DNA of 64,000 nucleotides from Candidatus Moraniibacteriota bacterium (GTDB taxonomy: Bacteria > Patescibacteriota > Minisyncoccia > Moranbacterales > UBA1568), in the NCBI GenBank assembly GCA_963743885.1, contig CAVURJ010000001.1:279488-343487 (forward strand), given 5' to 3'. Of this stretch, positions 49,380 to 58,695 are shown in pieces. A program made the position numbers and the translations under genes. The notes beneath the pieces were generated by a model. The model was given only the letters and a program-made list of their open reading frames with translations. It did no database searches and was not told the origin of the DNA. How positions within the stretch are numbered: the stretch's first letter is position 1; each line of letters opens with the position of its first letter.

Positions 49380-49832
49380 ATGGATGTAGCATTCGAATAT
49401 ACTGCAGAGGAAGATGCCGGGTTGCCGGAGGAGTTTTTTCGTACAGTGGCGATCCGAACCTTGGAGGCCGCCGCTTTCCCGTCGTTTTTGGAGAAGCGGA
49501 TTGAGTTGAATGCGGTTGCTGTTTCGGAGGAGAAGATCCGCGAGCTCAATCGGACCTATCGCAGCAAGGATAGCGTGACCGATATTCTTTCATTTGGTGA
49601 GTATCAGGACGCTTCGGCGATTCAGTCTGAGACGGCGTCCGAAATCTTCATCGGCGAATTGTTCTTCTGTCCTGGATTTATCCGTGGCGCTGCGGCGGAG
49701 GATGGTGTATCATTGGAGAAGGAGATGGCATATGTCTTCTCGCATGGCGTGCTACATCTTCTCGGATTCGACCACACTGATGAGATGTTCGCGATTCAGG
49801 ATGGTATTGCCGAGAAGTTTTCGGCAGCATAA
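49380..49832 (+). CDS. ybeY: Endoribonuclease YbeY (rRNA maturation)
   Basis: HGVLHLLGFDH zinc-binding motif. Confidence 0.85.
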   Translation: MDVAFEYTAEEDAGLPEEFFRTVAIRTLEAAAFPSFLEKRIELNAVAVSEEKIRELNRTYRSKDSVTDILSFGEYQDASAIQSETASEIFIGELFFCPGFIRGAAAEDGVSLEKEMAYVFSHGVLHLLGFDHTDEMFAIQDGIAEKFSAA

Positions 49833-49854
49833 CACCAATACACATTTGTTTGAT

Positions 49855-50199
49855 ATGAGACGTACCGTAAGGAGCATCTATCATGCGCTTCGGGGGATAT
49901 TGTTTGCGCTCCGGAAGGAGCCGAACTTTCTGATCGAAAGCGTCGCCGCCGGCACGGTGATGATGCTCATGATCATCCTGCCGCTTTCTGGTCTCGAGCG
50001 AGCGGTGCTCGCACTGACGATTGCCCTCGTGCTCAGTCTCGAGCTCGCCAATACGGCGGCCGAGCGAGTCATGGACATCCTGAAGCCGCGGGTGCATCCA
50101 TATGCCAGGGTCGTGAAAGATGCCATGGCGGGAGCGGTCCTCATCGCTTCGCTAGGCGCTGTTTTCATCGGTATTTGCATTCTGTTTCCATATTTTTAG
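49855..50199 (+). CDS. dgkA: Diacylglycerol/undecaprenol kinase (DgkA family)
   Basis: 114 aa, three TM, LELANTAAERVMDIL...KDAMAGAVLIA matches the prokaryotic DAGK family. Overlapping longer ORF 49594.. rejected. Confidence 0.75.
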   Translation: MRRTVRSIYHALRGILFALRKEPNFLIESVAAGTVMMLMIILPLSGLERAVLALTIALVLSLELANTAAERVMDILKPRVHPYARVVKDAMAGAVLIASLGAVFIGICILFPYF

Positions 50200-50338
50200 G
50201 GATTTCGGCCGGGTTCCGGCCGGTTTTTGACCGCTTGGGCGGTTTTTTCTTTTGTTGGGCTCTTTGCAGGGAAGGGCTTGGGAGGGTATAATGATAGCCA
50301 CAGTGTACCGTCACGCATCCAACGGATTTTTTTCTTTT

Positions 50339-50524
50339 GGTAACCCTCTCAAATCTCACCGCCTGTTATGACTCAAAAAGAGCTTGTCCGAAAAAACCAT
50401 CTCCGTTCCGGCTGCAAAATCCGAAAAGCTTGTCGGGTTATCACTGATAGCCCTTTGCGTTTTTCGACTTTTTCGCTCGAAACGGAGATGGTTTTTTCTG
50501 GACATGAGATTTGAGAGAGTTACC
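50339..50524 (+). repeat. 186 bp element with ~20 bp terminal inverted repeats, directly upstream of ftsA (copy 1)
   Basis: Termini ggtaaccctctcaaatctca ... tgagatttgagagagttacc. Internal inverted repeat aaaaccatctccgtt / aacggagatggtttt. 85-90% identical to 51790-51975. Confidence 0.8.
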
Positions 50525-50528
50525 ACCT

Positions 50529-51788
50529 ATGGCCAAAGGGCATTATCACATCGGTCTGGATATCGGATCAGCCAACACCCGTGCCGTCATCGCGCAAGAG
50601 ATTGCCGATGATGAGCTTTTGCGTGTCGTTGGTGTCGGTACCGCGCCTTCGTCCGGGATGCGTCGCGGCGCGGTCGTTGATGCTGAAGCAGTCGCTAAGG
50701 TCTGCAATGAAGTGCTCGAGCATGCGGAGCGCATGGCGGGACATCCGGCTGAGAGCGTGACCGTGAGCGTGACTGGGGCCGAGATCGCCTGTCAGGATGC
50801 GCTTGGTGTCGTCGCGGTTGGCCGCGCCGATGGCGAGGTGACCGAAGACGATATGTCGCGTGCCTTCGAGGAAGTGCAGGCGCGGCTCGTCCTGCCGCTC
50901 AATCAGGAGATCATCCATGTCGTGCCGAAGGATTATCGGCTCGATGACCAGAAGAATATCAAGGATCCGCTCGGCATGCGCGGTGTCCGGCTCGAGATGA
51001 ACGCGTTCGTCGTGACAGGGAGCGCTTCGCACCTCAAGAATCTTTCACGCAGTCTGGAACAGGCCGGCACGTCACCGGATAGCTTCGTTGTTGAGCCGCT
51101 CGCTTGCGCGGAATCAGTGCTCCATCGCAAGCAGAAGGAGCTTGGGACAGCGATCATCAATATCGGCGGTGCCACGACATCACTTGCGGTATATGAGGAT
51201 GGCGATTTGCTCCATCTGGCGGTTTTCCCGGTCGGTGGCGACCACATCACGAACGATATCGCCATCGGACTCCGCACGTCGATCGAGGTAGCGGAAGCGG
51301 TCAAGCTGCAGTATGGCAGTGCGATCTCTGATGATATCGCTAAGAAGGAAGAGATCGACCTCAACCTCTTTGATACGCACGAGGAAGGATCTGTTTCCCG
51401 TCGACACGTCGCGGAGATCATCGAGGCGCGCCTCGAGGAGATTTTCCTCTTCGTCAATGCGTCGCTCAAGGAAATCGGCCGCGAAGGTTTGCTTCCGGGC
51501 GGTGTCATCCTGACGGGTGGGGGTGCACTTCTGCCAGGTATCGTTGAGCTCGCGAAGGATACGCTCAGACTGCCGGCGCAGATCGGATATCCGAAGCCAC
51601 TGGGTGGCATCCTGGACCAGGTGGACAGCCCGTCATTCGCGACCGTGATTGGTCTTGTACTGCTCGCAAGAAATACCCATGTCTCTTCGAAAGGATTCTC
51701 GTCCCAGAAGGTCTGGAACAAGATGCCAGAGGGGATGCAGGGTGCGATCGAGAAGCTGAAGCACTGGTCAAAACGGTTCCTGCCGTGA
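50529..51788 (+). CDS. ftsA: Cell division protein FtsA
   Basis: Actin-like ATPase. HIGLDIGSANTRAVIA phosphate-1 motif and FtsA-specific domain architecture. Start set at ATG 50529, outside the repeat. Confidence 0.85.
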   Translation: MAKGHYHIGLDIGSANTRAVIAQEIADDELLRVVGVGTAPSSGMRRGAVVDAEAVAKVCNEVLEHAERMAGHPAESVTVSVTGAEIACQDALGVVAVGRADGEVTEDDMSRAFEEVQARLVLPLNQEIIHVVPKDYRLDDQKNIKDPLGMRGVRLEMNAFVVTGSASHLKNLSRSLEQAGTSPDSFVVEPLACAESVLHRKQKELGTAIINIGGATTSLAVYEDGDLLHLAVFPVGGDHITNDIAIGLRTSIEVAEAVKLQYGSAISDDIAKKEEIDLNLFDTHEEGSVSRRHVAEIIEARLEEIFLFVNASLKEIGREGLLPGGVILTGGGALLPGIVELAKDTLRLPAQIGYPKPLGGILDQVDSPSFATVIGLVLLARNTHVSSKGFSSQKVWNKMPEGMQGAIEKLKHWSKRFLP

Positions 51789-51789
51789 G

Positions 51790-51975
51790 TAACTCTCTCA
51801 AAATCTCACCGCCAGTTACAAGTCGAAGAATGCTTGTCTGTAAAAATCACTCCCGTTCCGGCTGCAAAATCCGAAAAGCTTGTCGGGTTATTGCTAATAG
51901 CCCTTCGCACTTTTCGACTTTTTCGCTCGAAACGTGAATGATTTTTTCTAGACATGAGATTTTGAGAGAGTTACC
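51790..51975 (+). repeat. 186 bp element with terminal inverted repeats (copy 2), between ftsA and ftsZ
   Basis: gtaactctctcaaaatctca ... tgagattttgagagagttacc. Same orientation and length as copy 1. Confidence 0.8.
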
Positions 51976-52184
51976 GAGCGGATTTTTCCAAACACAGAAA
52001 CAGACACTTTTCCCTTATCAGAGCCTCGTTTCTTGACGAGAGGACTTTTTCGCTGCCATTGACATCGTATCTCCGCGTATGATACAGTGGACAGTCAAGA
52101 AGGCCTGGAGCTTTGTCAGAGCTTCGCGGTGGATGTAGAATAGCTGTACGGCATTTTTTTGTAACCAACCTTAAGGGGACACAT

Positions 52185-53414
52185 ATGGCGGAGATCAAGC
52201 CTGATATCGAGACGTTTGCGAAGATCAAGGTGGTCGGTGTCGGCGGATCAGGCGGCAACGGCGTAGCGCGGATGGTGGATGCCAAGATCAAGGGCGTCGA
52301 GTTCGTCGCTATCAACACGGATGCGCAGGCACTCCACAATTCGAAGGCACAGGAGAAGATCCATATCGGTAAGAACCTGACGAAGGGTCTTGGTGCTGGT
52401 ATGAATCCGGAGATCGGACGTCAGGCAGCCGAAGAGAATCGCGATGAGATCCAGGAAGTACTGAAGGGTGCTGATATGGTATTCGTCACCTGCGGTCTCG
52501 GTGGTGGTACTGGATCTGGTGCGGCTCCGATCGTTGCAGAGACAGCCAAGGAGCTCGGCGCACTCACCGTTGGTGTCGTGACCAAGCCGTTCGCATTTGA
52601 AGGTTCGCAGCGTCGCGCGATCGCCGAAGAAGCGCTCGAGAATCTCAAGGACCGCGTCGACACGCTCATCACTATTCCGAACGACAAACTGCTTTCCATC
52701 ATCGATCGCAAGACAACCCTCGTGAATGCCTTCCGCATCGTCGATGATGTGCTCCGCCAGGGCGTGCAGGGCATCTCTGACCTCATCACTAAGCCGGGCA
52801 TCGTCAATGTCGACTTTGCTGACGTGCGTGCCATCATGGAAGATAGCGGCAGCGCTCTTATGGGCATCGGCATCGCAGCTGGTGAGAACCGTGCAGTCGA
52901 GGCGGCCAAGGCGGCCATCAACAGCCCGCTTCTTGAGCTTTCGATCGATGGTGCGAAGGGTGTCCTCTTCAATATCTCCGGTTCGAGCGACCTCACGATG
53001 CTTGAGATCAACGAAGCGGCCAATATCATCACTGAGAATATCGATCCAAATGCCAAGGTTATCTTCGGTGCTGTGACCGACGACCAGATCCGCAAGGGCG
53101 AGGTCCAGATCACAGTTGTCGCGACTGGTTTCGACCTGCCGCGCGCGAAGGAGCCGGTCGGGCTCATCAACCGCTCGACGACGGTCGCACACACGCGGAC
53201 AGTCTCGACCCCGATGGCTGATGAGATGATTCGCGATGAGGAGATCTTCGAGGAGACAATCGCTTTCCCGTCGAGGAAGATGGAACAGCCGGCGATGATC
53301 ATCGAGGAGAAGATCCAGCCGCGCACCGCCGCTTCGCGTGTCGAGACAAAGGAGCTCGCCGAAGAGGACGATCTCGAGATTCCGGCGTTCATCCGCCGCA
53401 AGATGAAGAAGTAA
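52185..53414 (+). CDS. ftsZ: Cell division protein FtsZ
   Basis: GGGTGSG tubulin signature, NTDAQAL, T7 loop. AAGGGGAC SD before ATG 52185. Confidence 0.95.
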   Translation: MAEIKPDIETFAKIKVVGVGGSGGNGVARMVDAKIKGVEFVAINTDAQALHNSKAQEKIHIGKNLTKGLGAGMNPEIGRQAAEENRDEIQEVLKGADMVFVTCGLGGGTGSGAAPIVAETAKELGALTVGVVTKPFAFEGSQRRAIAEEALENLKDRVDTLITIPNDKLLSIIDRKTTLVNAFRIVDDVLRQGVQGISDLITKPGIVNVDFADVRAIMEDSGSALMGIGIAAGENRAVEAAKAAINSPLLELSIDGAKGVLFNISGSSDLTMLEINEAANIITENIDPNAKVIFGAVTDDQIRKGEVQITVVATGFDLPRAKEPVGLINRSTTVAHTRTVSTPMADEMIRDEEIFEETIAFPSRKMEQPAMIIEEKIQPRTAASRVETKELAEEDDLEIPAFIRRKMKK

Positions 53415-53581
53415 TCTTCCTAAGATCACAAAGGCGCCCTTTTCGGGCGCTTTTCCTTTACCGGGCGTTCCGAGGGAGTATAATAGGGGGCAGGATGCAA
53501 GAGGTAAGAGACATGATATCGTTTCTTAGCCCGTATCTTCCTTTCTTATCTCTTGTTTCATATCTCTTATCTCATCTGCTT

Positions 53582-54028
53582 ATGCGCTGTCCGTTCTGCA
53601 ATTTTGAAGACACCAAAGTGATCGATTCGCGCGAGACCCAGGAGGGGCGCGCTATTCGCCGTCGCCGTGAGTGCGAGAAGTGCCAGGCACGTTTTAGCAC
53701 GTATGAGGAAGTGGAGATCTTCCGTCTGCAGATCGTGAAGAAGGATGGCAGCCGGGAGGAGTATGATCGGACTAAGATCGAAGACGGCCTGAAGCGAGCG
53801 TTTGTGAAGCGGCCGAATGCCGAAGAAAGGATTGAGAAGATCTTAGGCGAGATAGAGTACGCGCTCCACGAGAAGCATGTGAGTGAGATCCAGAGCCGCG
53901 AGATTGGTACGCTCGTTATGCGCAAGCTCAAGGAGGCTGATGAGGTCGCTTATATCCGCTTTGCGTCCGTCTACAAATCGTTCGGCAGTGCCAAGAGCTT
54001 CCTCAAGGCGCTGGAGACCTTGGAGTAG
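53582..54028 (+). CDS. nrdR: Transcriptional repressor NrdR
   Basis: MRCPFCN...CEKCQARF zinc ribbon plus ATP-cone. Confidence 0.9.
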   Translation: MRCPFCNFEDTKVIDSRETQEGRAIRRRRECEKCQARFSTYEEVEIFRLQIVKKDGSREEYDRTKIEDGLKRAFVKRPNAEERIEKILGEIEYALHEKHVSEIQSREIGTLVMRKLKEADEVAYIRFASVYKSFGSAKSFLKALETLE

Positions 54029-54032
54029 TCTT

Positions 54033-54251
54033 ATGAAAATCTCTGTCAGGGTCATTCCGAAAGCTTCGAAGACTTCAGTGGAAAGAATTTCTGAGACGGA
54101 GTATCGCGTGCGATTGACGAAGGCGCCGGCTGACGGCGAGGCCAATGAACAGCTCATAAAACTGCTCAGCAAGCATCTTGGTGTCGCGAAGAGTCTCGTC
54201 CGTATTGTTTCCGGCGCCACGAGCCGGAACAAGATTGTAGAGATTTTGTAG
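54033..54251 (+). CDS. DUF167 (YggU/UPF0235) family protein
   Basis: 72 aa. KISVRVIPKASKTSVERI...LIKLLSKHLGVAKSLVRIVSGATSRNKIVEI matches YggU. Confidence 0.65.
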   Translation: MKISVRVIPKASKTSVERISETEYRVRLTKAPADGEANEQLIKLLSKHLGVAKSLVRIVSGATSRNKIVEIL

Positions 54252-54306
54252 TTTTTAGCATTTACATTCGTTTGTTTTTTACACTCCTCCTCCTTTTCAT
54301 TTTTTC

Positions 54307-54456
54307 TTCCACGATCTTCGTCGAACATTTCTGACTCGCTCTGTCGAACGGGGAGCTGTTTGTTCTGAGGGCTGAAACAGCCCCGAACGCCACGCTCGAC
54401 CGTTACCGACTCGCTCATCAGAAATGTTACCGCCGAGAGACCGGAGGAAGAAAAAA
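54307..54456. repeat. Copy Q of the ~150 bp intergenic repeat
   Basis: See 47563-47712. Confidence 0.7.
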
Positions 54457-54544
54457 TGAAAAGGAGGAGATGTTTAGAACGAATAGACGAGCGTGAGTAT
54501 GGTATTCTGTGTAGGTCGGCGTTAAGTTTGCATGAGTCCGCATT

Positions 54545-56044
54545 ATGCGCGGCGATCAGATATTATTGTGGGGGATCATCAGTTTTATCGGGGGAGTCGG
54601 CCTTGGCTCCTTTTTTGCTGTCCGTTTGGAAATCGTTCTTGTAGTAGTGGCGCTCTGGATCGCGGCAGCGTCTGTGTTTCAGAAAAGGGATGTCCTCGTG
54701 TGTGGGGTGTTTCTTCTCTTATGTGCAGCTGGGGCACTGCAGGCGCATCATGCTGCCGATCGTTTCCGTCTCGAGTATATGCGCGGAGGGGAATATGTCG
54801 GCACGGTACGGATCGTCGCTGATCCGGAGGAGAGAGGCTTTTATCGCAGAGTCATCCTTCGGGCCAAGGATTGTTCAGGGTCCTTTTGTCCAGAGGAGGA
54901 TATCCTCTGGCAAGCGCCGCTCGCGTTTTCTGCTGAAGCCGGGACGCTCCTCGATCTCTCATGCGTGCTCGCTTTGCCGGAGAATTTTGATCCGGCATTC
55001 GATTATCGGATGTTCCTTGCGAAGGATGGCATCGGATATGTGTGTCAGAAAGCAGAGCGTGCGGAAGTGTTCGTGGGAAACGATATTGAAGGCTTTCTAC
55101 GCTCGTGGCTCTATCGTCCCAAACATGCGCTTGAGGACGCACTCAGCCGGAGCATTTCTGATCCGGAAGCGGCTCTCGGCAAGGGGCTTATCTTAGGCGG
55201 TGACCGGCATCTGCCGGAGCGGCTTCAGGATCTCTTCGCGCGCATCGGGCTCTCGCATATCGTCGCGGTGTCCGGCTATAATATCGCCATCATTGCCCAG
55301 GGCGTCCTCGTCCTTGGAATCGGGGCGGGACTGTGGCGTCGCCGGGCCGTGTGGGTATCGCTCATCGGCATCATCCTCTTCGTCCTCATGATCGGCGCTC
55401 CGTCGTCAGCTGTCCGGGCGGCGGTCATGGCGGGGATCGCATTTCTTGCAGCACAGTCGGGCCGGTTGTCGCGACCGGTCGTCACGCTCTTCTTCGCGGC
55501 GGCGATCATGCTTATGATCAACCCGCTGCTTCTCCGCTACGATATCGGCTTCCAGCTTTCGTTTCTCGCGACGCTTGCCATCATCATCGCTTCGTCATGG
55601 GAGGCGGAGTTTCTACCGCACGGATTCCCTGGGAAGTGGTTCGCCGAAACGATCTGGTTCAGCCTGATGGCGGAATTTTTCGTCCTGCCGGTCATCCTCT
55701 TCCAGTTCCATGCGTTCTCGCCGCTCATGCTCTTCTCGAATGTGCTCATCCTGCCGCTTGTGCCGTACGCGATGCTCTTCTCGTTCCTCTCTGCGCTTGC
55801 GTTCCTCATCGTGCCAGGAGCTCATCTCATCTTCGCGTGGATCGCCTATCCCATACTCACCGCTATCACGCGCATTCCGGAGATGCTCGCAACGTTCTCC
55901 TGGGCCAGTCTGCCGGTCCAGGATTTCGGCATTGCCGCATTCGCGCTTTGGTATCTCGTCCTTTTTTCTGGTATCGTAGGAATCGAACACTATGCCGGGA
56001 AAAAACGTCGTACCGAAGCGCTTTCTCTTCCTCGCCGTCGCTAG
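54545..56044 (+). CDS. comEC: ComEC/Rec2 DNA internalization channel protein, N-terminal (competence domain) part; frame ends at the A6 run
   Basis: Polytopic membrane protein. RIGLSHIVAVSGYNIAII competence-domain motif. The C-terminal 17 aa of this frame are Arg-rich, as expected for an out-of-frame read. Confidence 0.75.
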   Translation: MRGDQILLWGIISFIGGVGLGSFFAVRLEIVLVVVALWIAAASVFQKRDVLVCGVFLLLCAAGALQAHHAADRFRLEYMRGGEYVGTVRIVADPEERGFYRRVILRAKDCSGSFCPEEDILWQAPLAFSAEAGTLLDLSCVLALPENFDPAFDYRMFLAKDGIGYVCQKAERAEVFVGNDIEGFLRSWLYRPKHALEDALSRSISDPEAALGKGLILGGDRHLPERLQDLFARIGLSHIVAVSGYNIAIIAQGVLVLGIGAGLWRRRAVWVSLIGIILFVLMIGAPSSAVRAAVMAGIAFLAAQSGRLSRPVVTLFFAAAIMLMINPLLLRYDIGFQLSFLATLAIIIASSWEAEFLPHGFPGKWFAETIWFSLMAEFFVLPVILFQFHAFSPLMLFSNVLILPLVPYAMLFSFLSALAFLIVPGAHLIFAWIAYPILTAITRIPEMLATFSWASLPVQDFGIAAFALWYLVLFSGIVGIEHYAGKKRRTEALSLPRRR

Positions 56045-56855
56045 CCTGGCGATAGCGGTTCTTTTGCTGTGGTCGCTTTCGTCTCTCATCGCCGAGCAAA
56101 GCGACGTCACGGAGATAACCTTCCTTGATGTTGGCGAGGGCGATGCGATTCTCATCTCTCAGGGAGCGCATCAGATCTTGATCGACGGCGGCCGTGACGG
56201 CCGCGATCTGCTCTACCGTCTCGGTCGGCACGTGCCGTTCTGGGACCGCCGGATCGAAGTCGTCATCGCGACGCATCCGGATGCGGACCATATTGGAGGA
56301 TTGGTCACGCTCATGAGGACGTATCGGATCGGGCAGGTGCTCACGACGGGGGCTGAGAGTGATACCGATATATCGCGGCTGTTCCGCAAAGCGGCGGATC
56401 AATCAGCACCGGACCGGCAGGAGAAGATCTTCCGCGGAGCGATTATTCGTCTGCCTCGCGGCGGAGAGATCGTTGCTGAGTATCCACTGGCGCCTGTCGA
56501 GGGCATGCCGGAGAATACCAATGCGAGCAGTCTGGTGCTGCGGTTCACCTACGGAGAAACGAGCTTCCTTTTGACGGGCGATCTGCCGCAGGAAGAAGCG
56601 GCGCTGCCAGGCGAGCAGCCGGTGACGGTGCTCAAAGTCTCGCATCATGGATCGAAGTATTCGACGAGCGACGCTTTCCTTGATCTGGTTCAGCCGAAGG
56701 AAGCAGTCATCTCGGTCGGGGAGAACAAATACGGGCATCCGGGAGTCGAAGTGCTTGAGAGGCTCGCGCGCCGCGGTACCGCCATCTATCGTACTGATCT
56801 TGACGGGGATGTCACGTATACCTGTCGTGAGGAGCAGTGCCAGAAGGCAGAGTAG
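55992..56855 (+). CDS. comEC: ComEC C-terminal metallo-beta-lactamase domain (continuation of comEC after a +1 shift at A6 56000-56005)
   Basis: TM helix FLFLAVASLAIAVLLLW then ITFLDVGEGDAILISQG...HHGSKYSTS MBL-fold motifs. Removing one A from the 6-A run fuses it in frame to 54545... Confidence 0.7.
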   Translation: MPGKNVVPKRFLFLAVASLAIAVLLLWSLSSLIAEQSDVTEITFLDVGEGDAILISQGAHQILIDGGRDGRDLLYRLGRHVPFWDRRIEVVIATHPDADHIGGLVTLMRTYRIGQVLTTGAESDTDISRLFRKAADQSAPDRQEKIFRGAIIRLPRGGEIVAEYPLAPVEGMPENTNASSLVLRFTYGETSFLLTGDLPQEEAALPGEQPVTVLKVSHHGSKYSTSDAFLDLVQPKEAVISVGENKYGHPGVEVLERLARRGTAIYRTDLDGDVTYTCREEQCQKAE

Positions 56856-56935
56856 CGGCTGGGTATTGCCTTTTCCTTCATTTCGTGTTACCATTGCTAC
56901 GTAGTGATAATTTTTGCATAACAGAGCGTACATAT

Positions 56936-57541
56936 ATGGAGATGCATCCGAAGAAAGAGCGATCGCTCGTCATCATCAAGCCGGACGGAGTCCAGCGCGC
57001 CCTTATGGGGGAGATTATTTCTCGCTTTGAGCGTACCGGTCTCAAGTTCATCTCGATGAAGCTCATCGTTCCGAAGGCGGAACAGTGCTGGGCGCACTAC
57101 AACAAGGACGATGAATGGTTCATGAAGAAGGGGACGCGCGTCGTCGAAGACCGCAAGACCCATGGCTTGCCGATCGAGAAGGAAGCGATGGAGTACGGCA
57201 AGGACATCATCCAGTCGAACGTTGATTTCTTCACATCCGGTCCAGTGCTCGCGATGGTCATCGAGGGCAACCAGTCGGTCGCTATCGTGAAGAAGATCGT
57301 GGGCGGCACTGAGCCGACGACGTCGGATGTCGGTACGATCCGCGGCGATTTGACCGTCGATTCCTACGCACTCTCGAGCCTCGACAACCGTGCGGTCCGC
57401 AATCTCATCCATTGCTCGGATAGCCCGGAGGAAGCTGAGCGCGAACTCCAGATCTGGTTTACCAAGGAAGAGCTCATCGGCTACCGTTTGGTGCAGGAGC
57501 AGATTCTCTACGATGTGAACCTCGACGGTATCTTGGAATAG
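56936..57541 (+). CDS. ndk: Nucleoside diphosphate kinase with a ~30 aa internal insertion and a C-terminal extension
   Basis: LVIIKPDGVQRALMGEIISRFE, NHYKE-like AHYNKD, FFTSGPVLAMVIEG, HCSDS active-site His region. Confidence 0.8.
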   Translation: MEMHPKKERSLVIIKPDGVQRALMGEIISRFERTGLKFISMKLIVPKAEQCWAHYNKDDEWFMKKGTRVVEDRKTHGLPIEKEAMEYGKDIIQSNVDFFTSGPVLAMVIEGNQSVAIVKKIVGGTEPTTSDVGTIRGDLTVDSYALSSLDNRAVRNLIHCSDSPEEAERELQIWFTKEELIGYRLVQEQILYDVNLDGILE

Positions 57542-57654
57542 TTTTCCGAATATCACAGAAAGAGCCCGCTATCGGGCTCTTTCTTTTTTGCCTTGACTTT
57601 TTCATGGAAATCAGTATAATGGCTGAATCAAGGTTTTTTGATAAGGAGAATCAG

Positions 57655-57852
57655 ATGTCGGGGTCGGAGAAGAAGTCATTCAGAATGCAGCATATTGCCG
57701 AAGAGCAGCGTGGATGCGGAATTGATCGGAAATGCACTCACGTGTTCGATGGGGTCAACTGCATGCGTTCCTGTCGGCCGGGCGGAAAATGTTTCGAGGG
57801 AAATGGGGAACATCCTGACCATCCGTCCAAGAGGAAGAAAAAAACAAAGTGA
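57655..57852 (+). CDS. Small cysteine-rich hypothetical protein (65 aa)
   Basis: AAGGAGA SD 5 nt before ATG. Six Cys (CGIDRKC...CMRSC...C). Terminator 57885-57918 follows. Confidence 0.45.
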   Translation: MSGSEKKSFRMQHIAEEQRGCGIDRKCTHVFDGVNCMRSCRPGGKCFEGNGEHPDHPSKRKKKTK

Positions 57853-58003
57853 AAGAGTGATGCCGTAACAACGGCAAAGATACGAGGGGTCTTCCACGAG
57901 AAGGCCCCTTTCGCTTTTTTTGGAACGTGGTATACTATCGCGTATGCATGGCTGCATGCATGGTTTGTCTCATACACTGTCGCGAAGAAGAGGAGGAACA
58001 AAC

Positions 58004-58210
58004 ATGGGACAGAAAGAAGGTGATGGTCTGGGCGCTCTTGGCTCCGCAATGACCGGAGATGGCGCGGCTCGAGATCTGGATATCGCGGCTCGTCTCGCGA
58101 TCGTTCAGGGACGTCTTGATGACGGACAGACTGGTAATCCAAATCTTTCCGATACGCCTTACAACAAGGTGGCGCATGGGTTTTGGTTTGATGATCGGAT
58201 CAGGGCATAG
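58004..58210 (+). CDS. Small hypothetical protein (68 aa)
   Basis: GAGGAGG SD before ATG 58004. Extended -10 TGgTATACT at 57928-57936. Confidence 0.4.
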   Translation: MGQKEGDGLGALGSAMTGDGAARDLDIAARLAIVQGRLDDGQTGNPNLSDTPYNKVAHGFWFDDRIRA

Positions 58211-58262
58211 CCGCAACAGCGGCGACAAGAAAGGGGCTTTCCACAAGAGAGCTCCTTTTCAA

Positions 58263-58423
58263 TTACCAAGCGGAGTGAGTGAAACGAAAACTTGTTTTCG
58301 TTTCCGAACGGAGCGCTGGTAAAATCGGGTCAGATACCCCGCGTCTTGCCGCGGAACAGGACAATCCGACGAAAGGAGGATTGTACGGGGTGCGGGGCTT
58401 GCCCCGCGGTGAATACCCGTTAT
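58263..58423 (+). repeat. Copy Z of the ~170 bp structured repeat family, upstream of tRNA-Pro(GGG)
   Basis: ttaccaagcggagtgagtgaaacgaaaacttgttttcgtttccgaacggagcgctggtaaaatcgggtcagatacc...gggcttgccccgcggtgaatacccgttat. Confidence 0.75.
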
Positions 58424-58483
58424 TTTTTGAAAACCATGAGCATTGTCGAATGGCCGGAATTTTGCTACGGTTAGAGATGTTTT

Positions 58484-58554
58484 CGGGTTGTAGTATACTG
58501 GTAGTACGCGTCCATGGGGTGGATGTAGACCGGGTTCGATTCCCGGCAGCCCGA
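58484..58554 (+). tRNA. tRNA-Pro (anticodon GGG)
   Basis: Acceptor CGGGTTG/CAGCCCG, D-stem GTAT/GTAC, anticodon stem CGTCC/GGATG with loop ATGGGGT, T-arm CCGGG-TTCGATT-CCCGG. Confidence 0.75.
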
Positions 58555-58639
58555 CTTGGTATAAATGCCAAAAAGGAGTTCAAGGCTGGGGGGCGAAAAG
58601 TGAACTGCTTCACTTTTTGCGGGTATCCCCGCAAGACGT

Positions 58640-58695
58640 CCTTGTCTTGCGGAAAGAGGATACCCCGGAACTTGTAGTTCGGGTTCGATTCCCGA
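58640..58695 (+). other. tRNA 3'-half-like fragment (T-arm plus acceptor 3' strand), with no 5' half
   Basis: gtagttcgggttcgattcccgataccccgac parallels the tRNA-Pro 3' end gtagaccgggttcgattcccggcagcccgac. No matching 5' acceptor strand upstream. Confidence 0.45.

Noticed and set aside
49594-50199. 201-aa ORF overlapping the ybeY 3' end
   Set aside because: Only the C-terminal 114 aa (from ATG 49855) match the DgkA family. The upstream part is Arg/Ser-rich out-of-frame overlap with ybeY.
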